NCBI RefSeq assembly: GCF_001194135.2
Contig: NC_068985.1
Span: 53,640,780 to 53,704,779 of the forward strand
DNA: 64,000 bases
Direction of reading: 5' to 3'
Source of the DNA: Octopus bimaculoides
Taxonomy: Eukaryota
Shown: positions 1 to 11,898 of the stretch, piece by piece
How the letters are laid out: each line of letters starts with the position of its first letter
Numbering within the stretch: position 1 is the stretch's first letter
Program-made: the position numbers and the translations under genes
Notes under the pieces: generated by a model
What the model saw: only the letters and a program-made list of their open reading frames with translations
Told to the model about the DNA's origin: nothing
Databases searched by the model: none

Positions 1-27
1 TTCTTCTTTTTTTTCTTCACAGGAGAA
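1..27 (-). CDS. POLR1F: RPA43 coding exon 3 (start of Lys-rich tail; runs off the window)
   Basis: Strong acceptor ttattttattttatttttcag| at 28. The phase-2 join gives S-S-P-V-K-K-K-K-K, matching the basic C-terminal tail of metazoan RPA43. Confidence 0.75.
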
Positions 28-1065
28 CTGAAAAATAAAATAAAAATAACAAATCTAAAATTAGTTGCTGAAAATTTAAAGAGATCTAAATTATAGCTTT
101 CAATAATTATTATTTGATAATTCTGTTTTATAAGAACTACAGAAATAAGATATTTGTCAAATAATCCTGTGATGTACACATCAGGAATTAAAGTTTATCT
201 GTTCACTTCATTTGTGATCATGGAAATTCTGATTGTATGACTAAATAATATAATGGCTGTCATCTGATAGGACAGATACATTATAATGTCAGCCTACTTG
301 AGAGGTGTACAAGTGAGCTGAGAGAGGGGCTGCAAATTAATGGCATCAGTTAATGTATGCAGGAAGAAATGACTGCCTTGGTATGCAGATGTAACATGAA
401 TGAACAAGGAGCGGTACATGTGGTTTGTCAATTTACCTGTAGAAGACGTGAAGTCAGATCTCTGGATATTGGACTTCGCAGTTAGATGAAACATGACTGA
501 AGACAAGCAGTAACATGCTGTGTAGTAACTCCTCTAACCAATGCCATATTAGAAAATGATGACAATAGATTGGTAAGAAACTCACAAGAGTAGGTCTTCA
601 GAGAAGAAACACCCAACTCATACAAGTGTTTCAGTCCTTAACTTCTTACATTCTAATGCCACTTGGATATCAGACTTGAGCATTTAAACCATATTGGAGA
701 TTTCATCAAGTTCTAACTCCTCTCCTGTCTGAGACTACTCTTGGTCCTAAGATACAAACTTCCAATTTGAAAATGAATCAAATTAAAACCTTCTACCAAA
801 ACTTCAAGTTAATTTATGTTCCAAACACCAGCTTAATTATTTTGAATGTGGGTACAAGACCAGAAATGCCACTAAGCATTTTGCCTGATGTACTAATGAT
901 TCTGCCAGCTCACCATGACAAAGTTATTTTACTGAAGTTTTCATTGCTTTCAAAATTAACTGAAACAAAGGTAGCGCATTTCAATAAAATTTGGAAACAA
1001 AAGGATTAAACACACATTCACATTCATATGACAAAATTCATAAGCAAATAAAATTACTATCTTAC

Positions 1066-1557
1066 CTGCTGTCATTGATAACATCAAGTGTGTGGCCATT
1101 TATTTCATGGTTTTCGATTTTTAACTTCTCACTGTCAGGACATACATCTTCAGATTCTACATCCCTATGTCTTTTCTTTGCCTTTTTATCTTGTTTTACA
1201 AGAGAGTTTGTTTCAATCCTTCTAATTAGTTTACCTTTCATGGAGAATAATTTAGGAGTTGAGTGTAAATCCGTAACTGTGAACTCTATCAAATTACTAA
1301 CTCTAAATGCATTAATGTTCCACGTAGCGTCATCACTAGATTTAATCACAGTAGCATTGAATAGTTCATGCACAACACACACTACGTGGCTGGCATAAAT
1401 CTCTTTGATGACACCCGTTAAAGTACTTCCAATTTTTGGCTGGAACAGAATGTAACTAATTTTCATCTTAAAATAAATAAAAGGTCGATCTCCTTGTATT
1501 CTTCCTTCAGAACTAAGCAATTTCAGGTCTTTATAAGCCAAAATTACTCCATTCAAA
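1066..1557 (-). CDS. POLR1F: RPA43 coding exon 2 (RNP-like and OB-fold domains)
   Basis: Acceptor ttttttcag| at 1558. CG+T joins in frame to LNGVILAYKDLKLL...FQPKIGSTLTGVIKEIYASHVVCVVHELFNATV...IEFTV...KGKL, typical of RPA43/Rpb7-like subunits. Ends in AG|GTAAG donor, phase 2. Confidence 0.9.
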
Positions 1558-1626
1558 CTGAAAAAATCAAATATTAAAATTAAATTGAGATATTAGTATA
1601 ATTATTATAATAATAATAATGATGAT

Positions 1627-1946
1627 GAGAAAGTCAATATGAGAGATACAGCAAAGTACCAGGACCTTGCCATTGAGTTACAGAGGTTATGGAAAGTGCA
1701 GGTAAAATATATTCCCGTAGTTATAGGTGCACTAGGAACAATCCCTTAAAGATTTGAACAGATGGAGATGAAATAGGCATAAAACTTAGTTTAGGGCAGC
1801 TCTAGAAAACAGTGTTATTAGGGACAGATAGAATACTTAGGAAGGTTCTAAGCATCTAAGGTTACATGTTGTAGCCTTATGTTAGGAGGTTCTTTTTTTT
1901 TCCAACAGTTTAATCTGTAGTGCATATATGAAATAATAATAATAAT
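1627..1946 (+). mobile_element. R4/Dong-clade non-LTR retrotransposon 3' fragment (restriction-like endonuclease domain)
   Basis: KYQDLAIELQRLWKVQVKYIPVVIGALGTIP* then, frameshifted, QL*KTVLLGTDRILRKVLSI*. Flanked on both sides by (TAA)n. Confidence 0.8.
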
Positions 1947-2551
1947 AGAGATTTGAGAAGACTTGTTAACAAACCTCAAGAAAACATCCTAGGTAACTAA
2001 AACCCTTTAACATTTAAACTGGCCATATTCAGCTCAAATAATCTACCCATTTTATGTTCAAAACGACCAGATCTAGCCTTTCACACCTACCCTACAATGT
2101 CATAAAAATAAACAATTACATCATAGCAATCTCAAAGCTATGAAATAATGCATGATTAATTCAAAACAATATGAATAAATAAGCATTATATTTGATAGAG
2201 TAATCTGAATGCTAAAGGATTAAGAGAATATTAATTCTTTCTACTATAAGCACAAGGCCTGAAATGTGGAGGCATGGAGCTAGTTGATTACATCAACCCC
2301 AGTGCTTAACTGCTACCAATCTTATTTTACTGACACCAAAAGGATGAAAGGTAAATTTGACCTCGGTAGGATTTGAACTCAGAACATAAAGAGCTAGAAC
2401 AAATACCACAATTCTCCAACACTCCATCAATTCTACCATTACCATGGAAGTATGCAATGAAGAGGACATTAGGACAGTTTACAGTTTGTTGAGAGGTTTA
2501 CATAAAAATACTGTACGGGAAACTTAGATAAAAATTATATATTATATACAA

Positions 2552-2900
2552 AGCGAAATCGTGATGGCACCTGTGCCCAGCGTAGCCTTCCTGGCACGTG
2601 TAAAGACATTCGAGCGAGATCGTTGCCAGTGCCGCTGGACTGGCTCCTGTGCAGGTGGCACGTAAAATACACCATTTTGAGTGTGGCCGTTGCCAGTACC
2701 TCCTGACTGGCCTTTGTGCTGGTGGCACATAAAAGCACCCACTACATTCTCGGAGTGGTTGGCATTAGGAAGGGCATTCAGCTGTAGAAACTCTGCCAAA
2801 TCAGATTGGAGCCTGGTGTAGCCATCAGGTTCACCAGTCCTCAGTCAAATTGTCCAACCCATGCTAGCATGGAAAGCGGACGTTAAATGATGATGATGAT
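2552..2900 (+). mobile_element. RTE 3'-UTR-derived repeat (modular) in POLR1F intron 1
   Basis: GTGGCACGTAAAA modules plus GGAGTGGTTGGCATTAGGAAGGGCAT..AGCTGTAGAAAC...GCATGGAAAGCGGACGTTAAATGATGAT. Same sequence as the 3' UTR at 50617-51060. Confidence 0.85.
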
Positions 2901-3753
2901 ACAAAATATATGAATACCTGGATGATGCAGTCCTAAGTAGGGCCAATCAAAGAACCCCACAAATCCAAGATCACTCACGCTTCTAAGGACACAATCCCTC
3001 CCTCAATCTACAGGCACATGCTTAGAGTAATTCAATTCACTCAAACCATTTTTGTGTCATTCACCTTTTAACAAATTTACTGAGGCAAATGCACTTTGCT
3101 CTCCATCCTCATTTTTCTTAATGAAGTGGAATTTAAGTTGATGAGGGCTTCACTGAAGAGGAAAGTGTCTGCTACCACATAACCACTTTCACCATAGCCA
3201 CCAGACAGAGGAACACTGCCTGCCTCGCTGAAGATGGTGAGACAATCTACATGATGAGCTTGACTAACAGTCAGATCCATCCTACACAGTCAGATCCATC
3301 CTCTTACAAGTTAGCAATAATAATAGTAATAATAATAACACTAATATTAGATATTTCTTTTTCATTTTCAAATCAGTTTTTGTTGAAATTTCCATATAAG
3401 TGCAGGTATGGCTGTGTAATAAGCAGTTTGCCTCCCAACCACATTGTTCTGGGCTCACTCCCACTGTGTGGCACCTTGGGCAAGTGCCTTCTACTATAGC
3501 CTTGTGAGTGGGTTTGGTTGACAGAAACTGAAAGAAGCCTGTTATATGTGTATGTGTGTGTCATTGTCCCCCACCACTGCTTGACAACTGGTGTTGGTGT
3601 GTTTACATCCTTGTAACTTAGTAGCTCAGCAAAAGAGAATGATACCATAAGTACCAGGCTTAAAAAGAAGATAAGTACTGGGGTTGATTAGCTCAACTAA
3701 AATTCTTCAAGGTGGTGCCCTACAGTCAAATATCTGAAACATGTTAGATATGT

Positions 3754-4227
3754 AGCGAAATCGTGATGGCACCTGTACCAGTAAATCACTAAGAGCACCG
3801 TCCGAGCGTGATCATTGCCAGAGCACCAGCTGTCTGGCTTTCGTGCCGGTGGCACGTAAATAGCACCATTTGAGCATGACCGTTACCAACGTCGCCTTCC
3901 TGGCACTTGTGTCAGTGGCACGTGAAAAGACATTCGAGCGAGTTCGTTGCTAGTACCGCTGGACTGGCTCCTGTCCAGGTGGCACGTAAAATACACCATT
4001 TCGAGCGTGGCCGTTGCCAGTACCTCCTGACTGGCCTTCGTGCCAGTGGCACATAAAAGCACCCACTACACTCTCGGAGTGGTTGGCGTTAGGAAGGGCA
4101 TCCAGCTGTAGAAACTCTGCCAAATCAGATTGGAGCCTGGTGTAGCCATCTGGTTCACCAGTCTTCAGTCAAATCGTCCAACCCATGCTAGCATGGAAAG
4201 CGGACGTTAAACGATGATGATGATGAT
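3754..4227 (+). mobile_element. RTE 3'-UTR-derived repeat (four modules)
   Basis: Same 5' start (AGCGAAATCGTGATGGCACCTGT) and tail as 2552-2900, with an extra module. Confidence 0.85.
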
Positions 4228-4720
4228 CTGGCTCTTGTTTACCAAGAGAATAACTTTAATAGGTACCCTGCTCTATGATCTGATGGTTACTAAAGAAGCT
4301 TGCAGTAGATAAATGGCTTGCGAAAGCTAACAAGCTAATGTACAGAGGTGCGGTTAGCAAGGTAAGTGTTAGTGATAGGTCTGGTGATGAATCTAGTGTG
4401 AAGGTAGGGGTGAACCAGAAAATAGTCCTCAGTCTCCTTTTGTTCCTCAAAACAATTCAAGAAGAGTTTAAGACCAGTTATCCACAGAAATTTCCATATG
4501 CTAACAATCTAGATATACAGGTTGGCCAAAAGTCACCTGACAGTAACTCAATACCATTTAATTCTAAGATTTATTTATGTTTAACAAATGAATGAATTTA
4601 ATAAAAGCATCTAAATATGAAATATGATGAAAATTATTCAAACTGAAGTCCTTGAGCGACACGGTTTTCCATTCGAGTCAATACAGAATTACAGATAGTA
4701 TTTATGGAATTTTGATTTAT

Positions 4721-4879
4721 ACACTCTCTGAGTGGTTGGCGTTAGGAAGGGCATCCAGCTGTAGAAACTCTGCCAAATTAGACTGGAGCCTGGTGTTGCC
4801 ATCCGGTTTCACCAGTCCTCAGTCAAATCGTCCAACCCATGCTAGCATGGAAAGCGGACGTTAAACGATGATGATGATG
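4721..4879 (+). mobile_element. Short RTE 3' tail copy; further copies at about 9130-9280, 10240-10500(-), 16590-17080(-), 23500-23700, 25190-25350(-), 29620-29830(-), 33440-33620(-), 36157-36370, 36800-36900, 42360-42500, 60865-61045(-)
   Basis: Near-identical to the terminal 160 bp of the copies above; all carry the AAGGGCATCCAGCTGTAGAAAC core and a (GAT)n end. Confidence 0.85.
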
Positions 4880-5020
4880 TCGAGTGACTTTTGGTCAACC
4901 TTGTATCTGAAGTTGAATAAAAGAAATTTAGCAAAAGCCAAATTCTTAGTAAATACAAGAGAAGACAGAACCCTGCTACTATCAGGGAAACGACTATGTT
5001 CGATATGAAGAAAATAAGTA

Positions 5021-5167
5021 GAAATTCCGGCACTATCATGCTATTAGCTGTCAGAAGTGAAAGTGTTCACTGCTAGTGAAGTATCTGTCTGTCTGCCTGC
5101 CTGTTGCTGGCCTGTCGATTCTTTGGCTACTGACAGCTAATACCATGACTGGCCGGAGCGAGCTATA

Positions 5168-5208
<41 letters not shown>

Positions 5209-5676
5209 TACTCGAAAGTTATTGGAACAAATTTGACACCTATATCCATGCGTTTGAAAACACAACACAGAGTATAAGGGTACTCGCGTCCGCGCTAGCT
5301 AGTCGCGAGTGGTCGATCCTATTATTTTTAAACTTCAAACTTCATTTGTTTTCTATTTTGATAAATTCTCTCTGTTGAAAATTATATTTTTATATTTTAA
5401 ATAATTTGCAATTTCAGGAAATATGTTTTTATATTAAATTTGTGTTTTCTACTCACGACTAGCTAGCGCGGACGCGCGAACTTTCGAGTAATAGATAGAT
5501 AGAGAGAGAGACAGACAGACAGACATATAGCTCGCTCCGGCCAGTCATGGTATTAGCTGTCAGTAGCCAAAGAATCGACAGGCCAGCAACAGGCAGGCAG
5601 GCAGACAGACAGATACTTCACTAGCAGTGAGCACTTTCACTTCTGACAGCTAATAGCATGACAGTGCCGAAATTCC
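5021..5676. mobile_element. Foldback/MITE-like element with ~200-bp near-perfect inverted arms
   Basis: 5021-5220 is the reverse complement of 5479-5676. An inner pair 5285-5310 / 5451-5476 has 1 mismatch, around an AT-rich spacer. Confidence 0.9.
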
Positions 5677-6481
5677 TTATAGTGTATCCGGTGTAAACAC
5701 AAGAATTTTACTGATTACAGGCAGATTAACGGAAAATGTAGACGACACATGTGTACGTGGCAGGTGTCACAGAAACCAAACATTAAGAGCACGCGAAATA
5801 GATAACTGCTGTGCCAATGATGCCAACTAATGCAGAAACATGTTTATAATATTGTCCTCTCATTCCAAATACACTACGTTTTAAAGACAAGATGATCAAG
5901 ACTTGATTACCTTTGATCACAGGCTTACTGGAACAGTGATAACCTAGGGTCAAACATCAATAACAATACTAGATCTTGTAGTCTCTGATACTCTATGTCT
6001 GAATCTGAATAGAGGCTGTGATGGTCACGGTTAGAATAACTTTGATTATGGGTTTGCTCTATCAAGTTGGATAACGTAACCTTTGATTCACTGTTTGGCT
6101 AAAAGATGTGACAGTCACGACTGGAACACCTTAACTCATTGGTCTACCCTATCAAGACTGACCTGGAGAAAAAGAAATAAACGTCAGAATGTAGTCCTCG
6201 GCGTAGTACGTTTCAATAAAAGACGTGACAGTCACGGAAGGAAGATCTTTGTTTACAAATTTACTTCATCACGATTCGCCTAGTGTTAAAACCCCATCAG
6301 ATCTCTGTGATGAAAAAAAAAACTAATAATCAGAAACAAGTCATAAAACAAGGTACTTATAATCTCGAACAGCTTCGTGTCTAATAATTAAAAATGATGT
6401 GGAGTACATAAGACTTAAAACTGCTTCAACAGAATAGGAAGAAATCGACAAAATACATGTGCTCGATTTCTGAATACATAC

Positions 6482-6660
6482 CGATGAGAAAATGTGTTGA
6501 TTTCAGTATTCAAACGAAATCGAATACCTTCGTTCAACTTTCCAATAAAAGCAGGCGGAATAGCTATTTCTTCTTCGCTGTCTTCTTGTATACATAGTGA
6601 CGCTGGATCATCTAAAAGTAATTTAGCTTTTTCAATACCTAACGCTAAATTATTAAACAT
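6482..6660 (-). CDS. POLR1F: RNA polymerase I subunit RPA43, coding exon 1
   Basis: MFNNLALGIEKAKLLLDDPASLCIQEDSEEEIAIPPAFIGKLNEGIRFRLNTEINTFSH resembles the RPA43 N-terminus (IxLxPxYL...GIxxxL). Ends in CG|GTATGT donor at 6481, phase 2. Confidence 0.85.
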
Positions 6661-8108
6661 GCTGGATTACAAAACGGAAGTAACTGTTTGAAATTATAGG
6701 AGAGCAGTAAATATGCTTGGCGACAAGGCTCAACAGTTAAAGATGTTATACTTGGTATATTTTACTTTTACGTTGTTGAAAATATTCAATAATACTGAAA
6801 ATATTCAAGAAATAAAACATAAAATCAGAAAGAATGGCACTACTTATTAATTTGATGCTAGCCATAATGTTTTAATAAATGTGAAAATTCTATTTTTGTC
6901 CCTTTGAAAAGTGGTAGGGTTAAGTTACACATTTTAAGTAAAATAGACTATAGTTTTAGATTATGGTTATAAAAATCACAGGCATGTATAGATATATGTT
7001 TTGAGTGTGTGTAGAATTACATATCAGTATGAAAATGTATGAAGTTATATTATATTATATATTACATATATATTTTATACATTGTGTGATAAAAGTGTGT
7101 GGAGGTATATTTGCTGCTGAATACTTCCAGTGGAGCAGACAGTATGATTATAACGACAGCTGACGTATATATATTTCCTTTACACATGTCTATAGAAACA
7201 GGGGACATTAGATAAGTTGCTGCTCTTTTATTTTTGCAATATCCATTTCATTTATTTTTGGCTATAAAATTGCTGCATATCACAATATGTAAACAAAGGA
7301 AAGAATAAAATTTTACATTGGAGGGCAGGATATTGAAGACCCCTCTTGTTTTTATTATAACTGAAACACGAAAACTCACGGCAAAAATGATTATTATAAA
7401 AATTATTCAAAACCCAAGCCCTAATTAAAAGAGAGAAACAAATTGGAAAATCACTGCTTTACACCGGACCGGATTCACTGAACTAATTGGGATTATTTTT
7501 TACCGAGAATTAAATATTTCGACAAAGTGAATTTTTATTTTATTTCAATTTCATGTTTTTCCCCTAAGCTTATATATTATTGTATATGCATAACATGTGG
7601 AGAGCATACGCCACTGAAGGAAATACCGGTGTATGTTATTGTTGACATTGTAAATTTCACAGTAAAGACTTTTTGCAGTCTGCTAGATGGACGATGTCTA
7701 TCAAGTAATTTGTTATAAAACTTATCCGCTGTGTATTAAAGTAATTTACACACATACATACACGCATGCATACTTGTAAATATATATGGAACAAACAAAC
7801 GTGATGTTGAAAAGACGAAGGCATTAACCGAACGCATTAGTTTTTTTTTTTTTTAATGTCTATTTTATGAAATGCTCCCAATTTTACCTCTAAATTATTT
7901 ATGAGGAAAAAATCAATGAAACTATCATCTTATTTGATATCATTTCCATCTAAAGATTTCTCTCTCACCGGTTCTGCCCATTGTATAATACACTGTATCC
8001 TTGAAAAACAATATTATATTGTTAAAGTGGTGTGTTCACTGTATTAATTTCAAAATCCAATCCTTCAACGAAGTGGTTTGTTTTTAATATTGATGTTTTT
8101 TTGTACAG
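6661..8108. promoter_or_regulatory. Divergent (head-to-head) promoter/5' UTR interval between POLR1F and H6PD
   Basis: The two start codons point away from each other 1.47 kb apart. A splice acceptor (gttttttttgtacag, ending 8108) just upstream of the H6PD ATG implies an upstream non-coding exon in this interval. TSSs cannot be placed from sequence. Confidence 0.5.
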
Positions 8109-8133
8109 AGGATATCATTTAGGTCTTCAAGAA

Positions 8134-8801
8134 ATGTTACTTAATATGAATTCTTGCCAGAACTTTCTGGCTGTAATATTCTTTTTATGCATCCTTCAAG
8201 CCGTGTCTACCAATCAGTTTATCAGTGTTGTTTTGGTTGGTGCTACCGGAGATCTAGCTAAGAAATACCTATGGCATAGCATGTTTGAAACCTATAGAAA
8301 CGGAATCGAAAATAAAGGTCCCTATTTTCTGTTCTTTGGGGGTGCGAGAGCAAATAGAACTTTTGGCGAAGACACTCTCATGAAAATAATTGACCGTTCT
8401 GTTACTTGTTACAATATGCAATGTGAAAGTCATAAGAGACGATTTATAACAGTTGTTAGGTATGTCCAGCTGAAAGTCGAAGAAGATTATGAAAATTTAG
8501 CCCATCAAATGGCCCTTGACGAAGAAAGTCATTCCCCAGATAATCCCATTGCTGGTCGTATTTTTTATTTATCAACTCCGCCAGCCACATATGTGAAAAC
8601 AGCTCAGCTTTTGCACAAACACTGTCGATCACATGTGGCTAACAGTTGGATACGATTAGTTCTGGAGAAACCCTTTGGCAACGATCGTAAAACTTCAGAA
8701 GCCTTAGCCTCGTCTCTTGAACAGTGGTACTCAGAGGAAGAAATCTACAGGGTTGACCATTACTTGCAGAAGCCTGTTGTTAAACAAATTCTACCATTCA
8801 G
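8134..8801 (+). CDS. H6PD: Hexose-6-phosphate dehydrogenase (ER-luminal GDH/6PGL bifunctional protein), coding exon 1
   Basis: ATG at 8134 (alternative ATG 8146) followed by a hydrophobic signal-peptide-like stretch (FLAVIFFLCILQAVST). NADP motif GATGDLAKKY, RIFYLSTPP, LEKPFG and YRVDHYLQK present. AG|GTAAGT donor, phase 2. Confidence 0.93.
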
Positions 8802-9695
8802 GTAAGTGGTGATATTTTTAGTAAAATAATACCGAGCTGAACTGATAGGAATAATAGTGTGCTGAATTAAATAAGAACTTAAACATTTGTGCATCTATGT
8901 TTATTTATCTCACCAACTCCACTCTGATTACTATAAACCACACTTGTACAAAGCGAATAACTATGTAGGTCTTCTACAGCAAGATACCTGTTCTGGCTCA
9001 TTCCTTTAACAACCCCTTGTTTTCTAGCATAAAGTTGCTTCCTTCTCTATCATAGCCCTACTGAGTAGAAAGGGATCTTAGTCATGCAAGCTACAGAATA
9101 ATCTTACTAGTGCTAATGCCACGAAAAAGCACTTGGTACATAAAGTGTTGGCATTAGGAAGGGCATCCAACCATAGAAACCATGCCAAAGCAGACATTAA
9201 AGCATAACACAGTCCTCCAACCCATTGGATGCTGTCAAAATATTCCAGAATGGAAGACAGATATTAAATGATGATGATAATGTCCTAGGTTTAAATCCAT
9301 TCATGGTGCCTTGTAGTGGGACAACCCAAAACCATGTGAGTGGAAATCAAACTTCTCAACTACATTTCATATAAGAAAAAAACAACCAGAAGTCACTCAA
9401 CAGCAAAATCCAATACATACTGTTACACACACACACATACACACACATATCAATGGTCCACATTCTTCAGATAGTCAAGACTGTATCACTTACTTTCCAT
9501 TTCCTTTCAGGATCAAGAAGTAGTTTGACATTGAACTGTTGTTCTTTTATCTCTTTACAAAATGTTTGCCTAATGCTATCCTGCAAAGTGCCTTTTAAAT
9601 GTTTAGGATTGGTCACAAGCACATACATTCCAGGTTATGGTCAAGAATAATGGAAACTGGCTATCTGCTAAACAAATTCCATATTAAACACTATA

Positions 9696-9917
9696 CAGTA
9701 ATCCCTCGCCATATTGCAGTTCACCTATTGCAGCTTATTACTTAAACTTACATTGATTCCTCCATGGTGTTGTTTTGCATTTATAATAAAATGAATATGT
9801 ACAAATTATAAAAATAATTTTTAAAAAATACAGTACAGTACTGTTTCTACTTCACAGATATTCACCTACTGTGGGGGGTTTTGGAACATAATACCTGTGA
9901 TAGTCAAGGGATTACTG
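9696..9917. mobile_element. Tc1/mariner (Tigger-like) MITE
   Basis: TA|CAGTAATCCCT ... AGGGATTACTG|TA. Confidence 0.8.
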
Positions 9918-11806
9918 TATACAATATTCTTTCACTGAAATTTATTCTTCCACTACTTTCTTCCTGCCCACATTTTCCCCTCTAATTACTCTCAATCTTC
10001 AACTATTTCTACTGAACCATTAACTACATAGAACCTGAACCTCCACAGTTATCTCTATCTTCCAGTTGTGGAAAATTCACAAATTTTACTGCTACTGAAC
10101 CACCTATTCCCCACACTAACATGATATGCCATAACAACATATTACATGAAATACCAGTGACAATAGTATTTTCCTTATCACTCTTCCACTGCCAGCTCTA
10201 TAATGTCTTTATACTAATAAAACTGTTTCAACACCCCTAAACGTCTGCTTTCCATGCTGGCATGAGTTAGACATTTTGACCGGAACTGGCAAGCCAGAGA
10301 GCTGCATCAGGTTTTAGTCTGATTTAGTTTGATTTCTACAGTTGGATGCCCTTCCTAATGCCAACTACTTCACAGTGTGCCAGGTGTTTTTAATGTAGCT
10401 TCAGCAAGAGCAATATTACACAGTGCTGGCACAAGTGCTTTTTACATGGCACAGGACTATTGCAGGCCACTCCTCTTCATCAAGGGAGGTGACCTCAACA
10501 GGACAGGTCTTCTGGAGTACACCAAGGTGCTAGATATCTAGGTCCTTTGTCATCTCCTCCAAAAAGTTCAGTGTCCTGAGGTCATATTTTGGTACTTTAT
10601 GCTATGTCTTCCTTTCATAAAGTAAGGTGAGTTTGTGTGTGAATGAAGTTGAGGAACTTCATTCACAGCCTTTTAATACACACCTTATATTTCTTCAAAA
10701 AAGTCAGAACTCAGAGCTCCCCACTTCCAAGCATACAAATTGATCTTATTTTATCAATTGTTTTTTTTTATATATATCTTATAAAATTTTATCAACTGTT
10801 TTAAAAATTCCATTGACTATTAATCTTCTTTATTTTTTTGACAACACAGACTATCACAAGTTTTTATAAATATCTTGCTTTTTTTTCATCCCTTTTGCAA
10901 TTTATAATTTCAGCAGATTTAAAGTTTTACTCATGACCATTCATTTACACCCCTTTCTTTCTCTATACATACACATACCTTTCATCTTCTACCTATTTTA
11001 GTCATTTGACTGCAGCCGTGCTGGGGCACCACCTTGAAGTGTTATAGTCAAGCAAATGAACTTCTGGACCTTTTTTTTTTTTTTGAGGCCTGATATTTAT
11101 TCTATTCGTGACTTTTGTCTAGCAGCTAAGTTACTAGAATATAAACATATCAATACCAGTTGTCAAGCAGTGGTAGGGGAAAAACACACAGACATATATA
11201 TATATACATATANNNNNNNNNNNNNNNNNNNNNNNNNNNNNNNNNNNNNNNNNNNNNNNNNNNNNNNNNNNNNNNNNNNNNNNNNNNNNNNNNNNNNNNN
11301 NNNNNNNNNNNNNNNTATATATGGCAAACTTCTTTCAGTTTCCATCTGCCAAATCCACTCACAAGGCTTTGGTCAGCCTGAGGTTGTAGTAGAAGAATCT
11401 TGCCACACAATGGAACTGAACCCAGAACCATGTGGTTGGGAAGCAAGCTTCTTATGACACAGCCACACCTGTATAATCTTCAAACCTACACAATAGACAG
11501 AAGTATGGCAAGTTTAACTATTTCTGGGTTGATTGAGAAAATGATGAATGACCTTAATCAATTTTCGACCTTTATGAGGTATCTCTATCATTTGACCAGT
11601 CCTTGAGAAACAAGCAGCCAATCCATTTATATGCACAACCATTCCTGTAGCTTCAGGGCACTGGGGCAATTAATTTGCCTACTATAAGAGTTCAACACTT
11701 TATTTAATGTCAGTGCCCTATCACCTGGGATCCCAGTCCACACAGTATCAAGGTATGGATGTATATATGTATGCATGTATGTAATATATGTATGTATGTA
11801 TTGTAG

Positions 11807-11898
11807 GATTAAAAACCAAAATTGGTTGGAACCTCTATTGAACAGACATCATGTAGAAAGGGTGGAAATTGTCAGCAAAGAATACATTGGTGTCAAAG
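11807..11898 (+). CDS. H6PD: H6PD coding exon 2
   Basis: ttgtag|G ATT AAA AAC CAA AAT TGG...: IKNQNWLEPLLNRHHVERVEIVSKEYIGVK matches the G6PD/H6PD WNRxxIxxVxIxxKExxGxxGR region. G|GTAAGT donor, phase 1. Confidence 0.92.

Noticed and set aside
294-760. Coding-looking ORF fragments in POLR1F intron 2
   Set aside because: No recognisable motif, stops in all frames, and a better phase-matched exon exists at 27-1.
3754-4227. Regularly spaced palindromic modules resembling a CRISPR array or pistol ribozyme
   Set aside because: Eukaryotic context, spacers are homologous to one another, no cas genes, and the modules are contiguous with an RTE ORF elsewhere. The hairpin loop is too short for a pistol pseudoknot.
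8032-8133. ORF-track start of H6PD at 8032
   Set aside because: Non-ATG start upstream of a splice acceptor (8108). The ATG at 8134/8146 places the signal peptide at the N-terminus.
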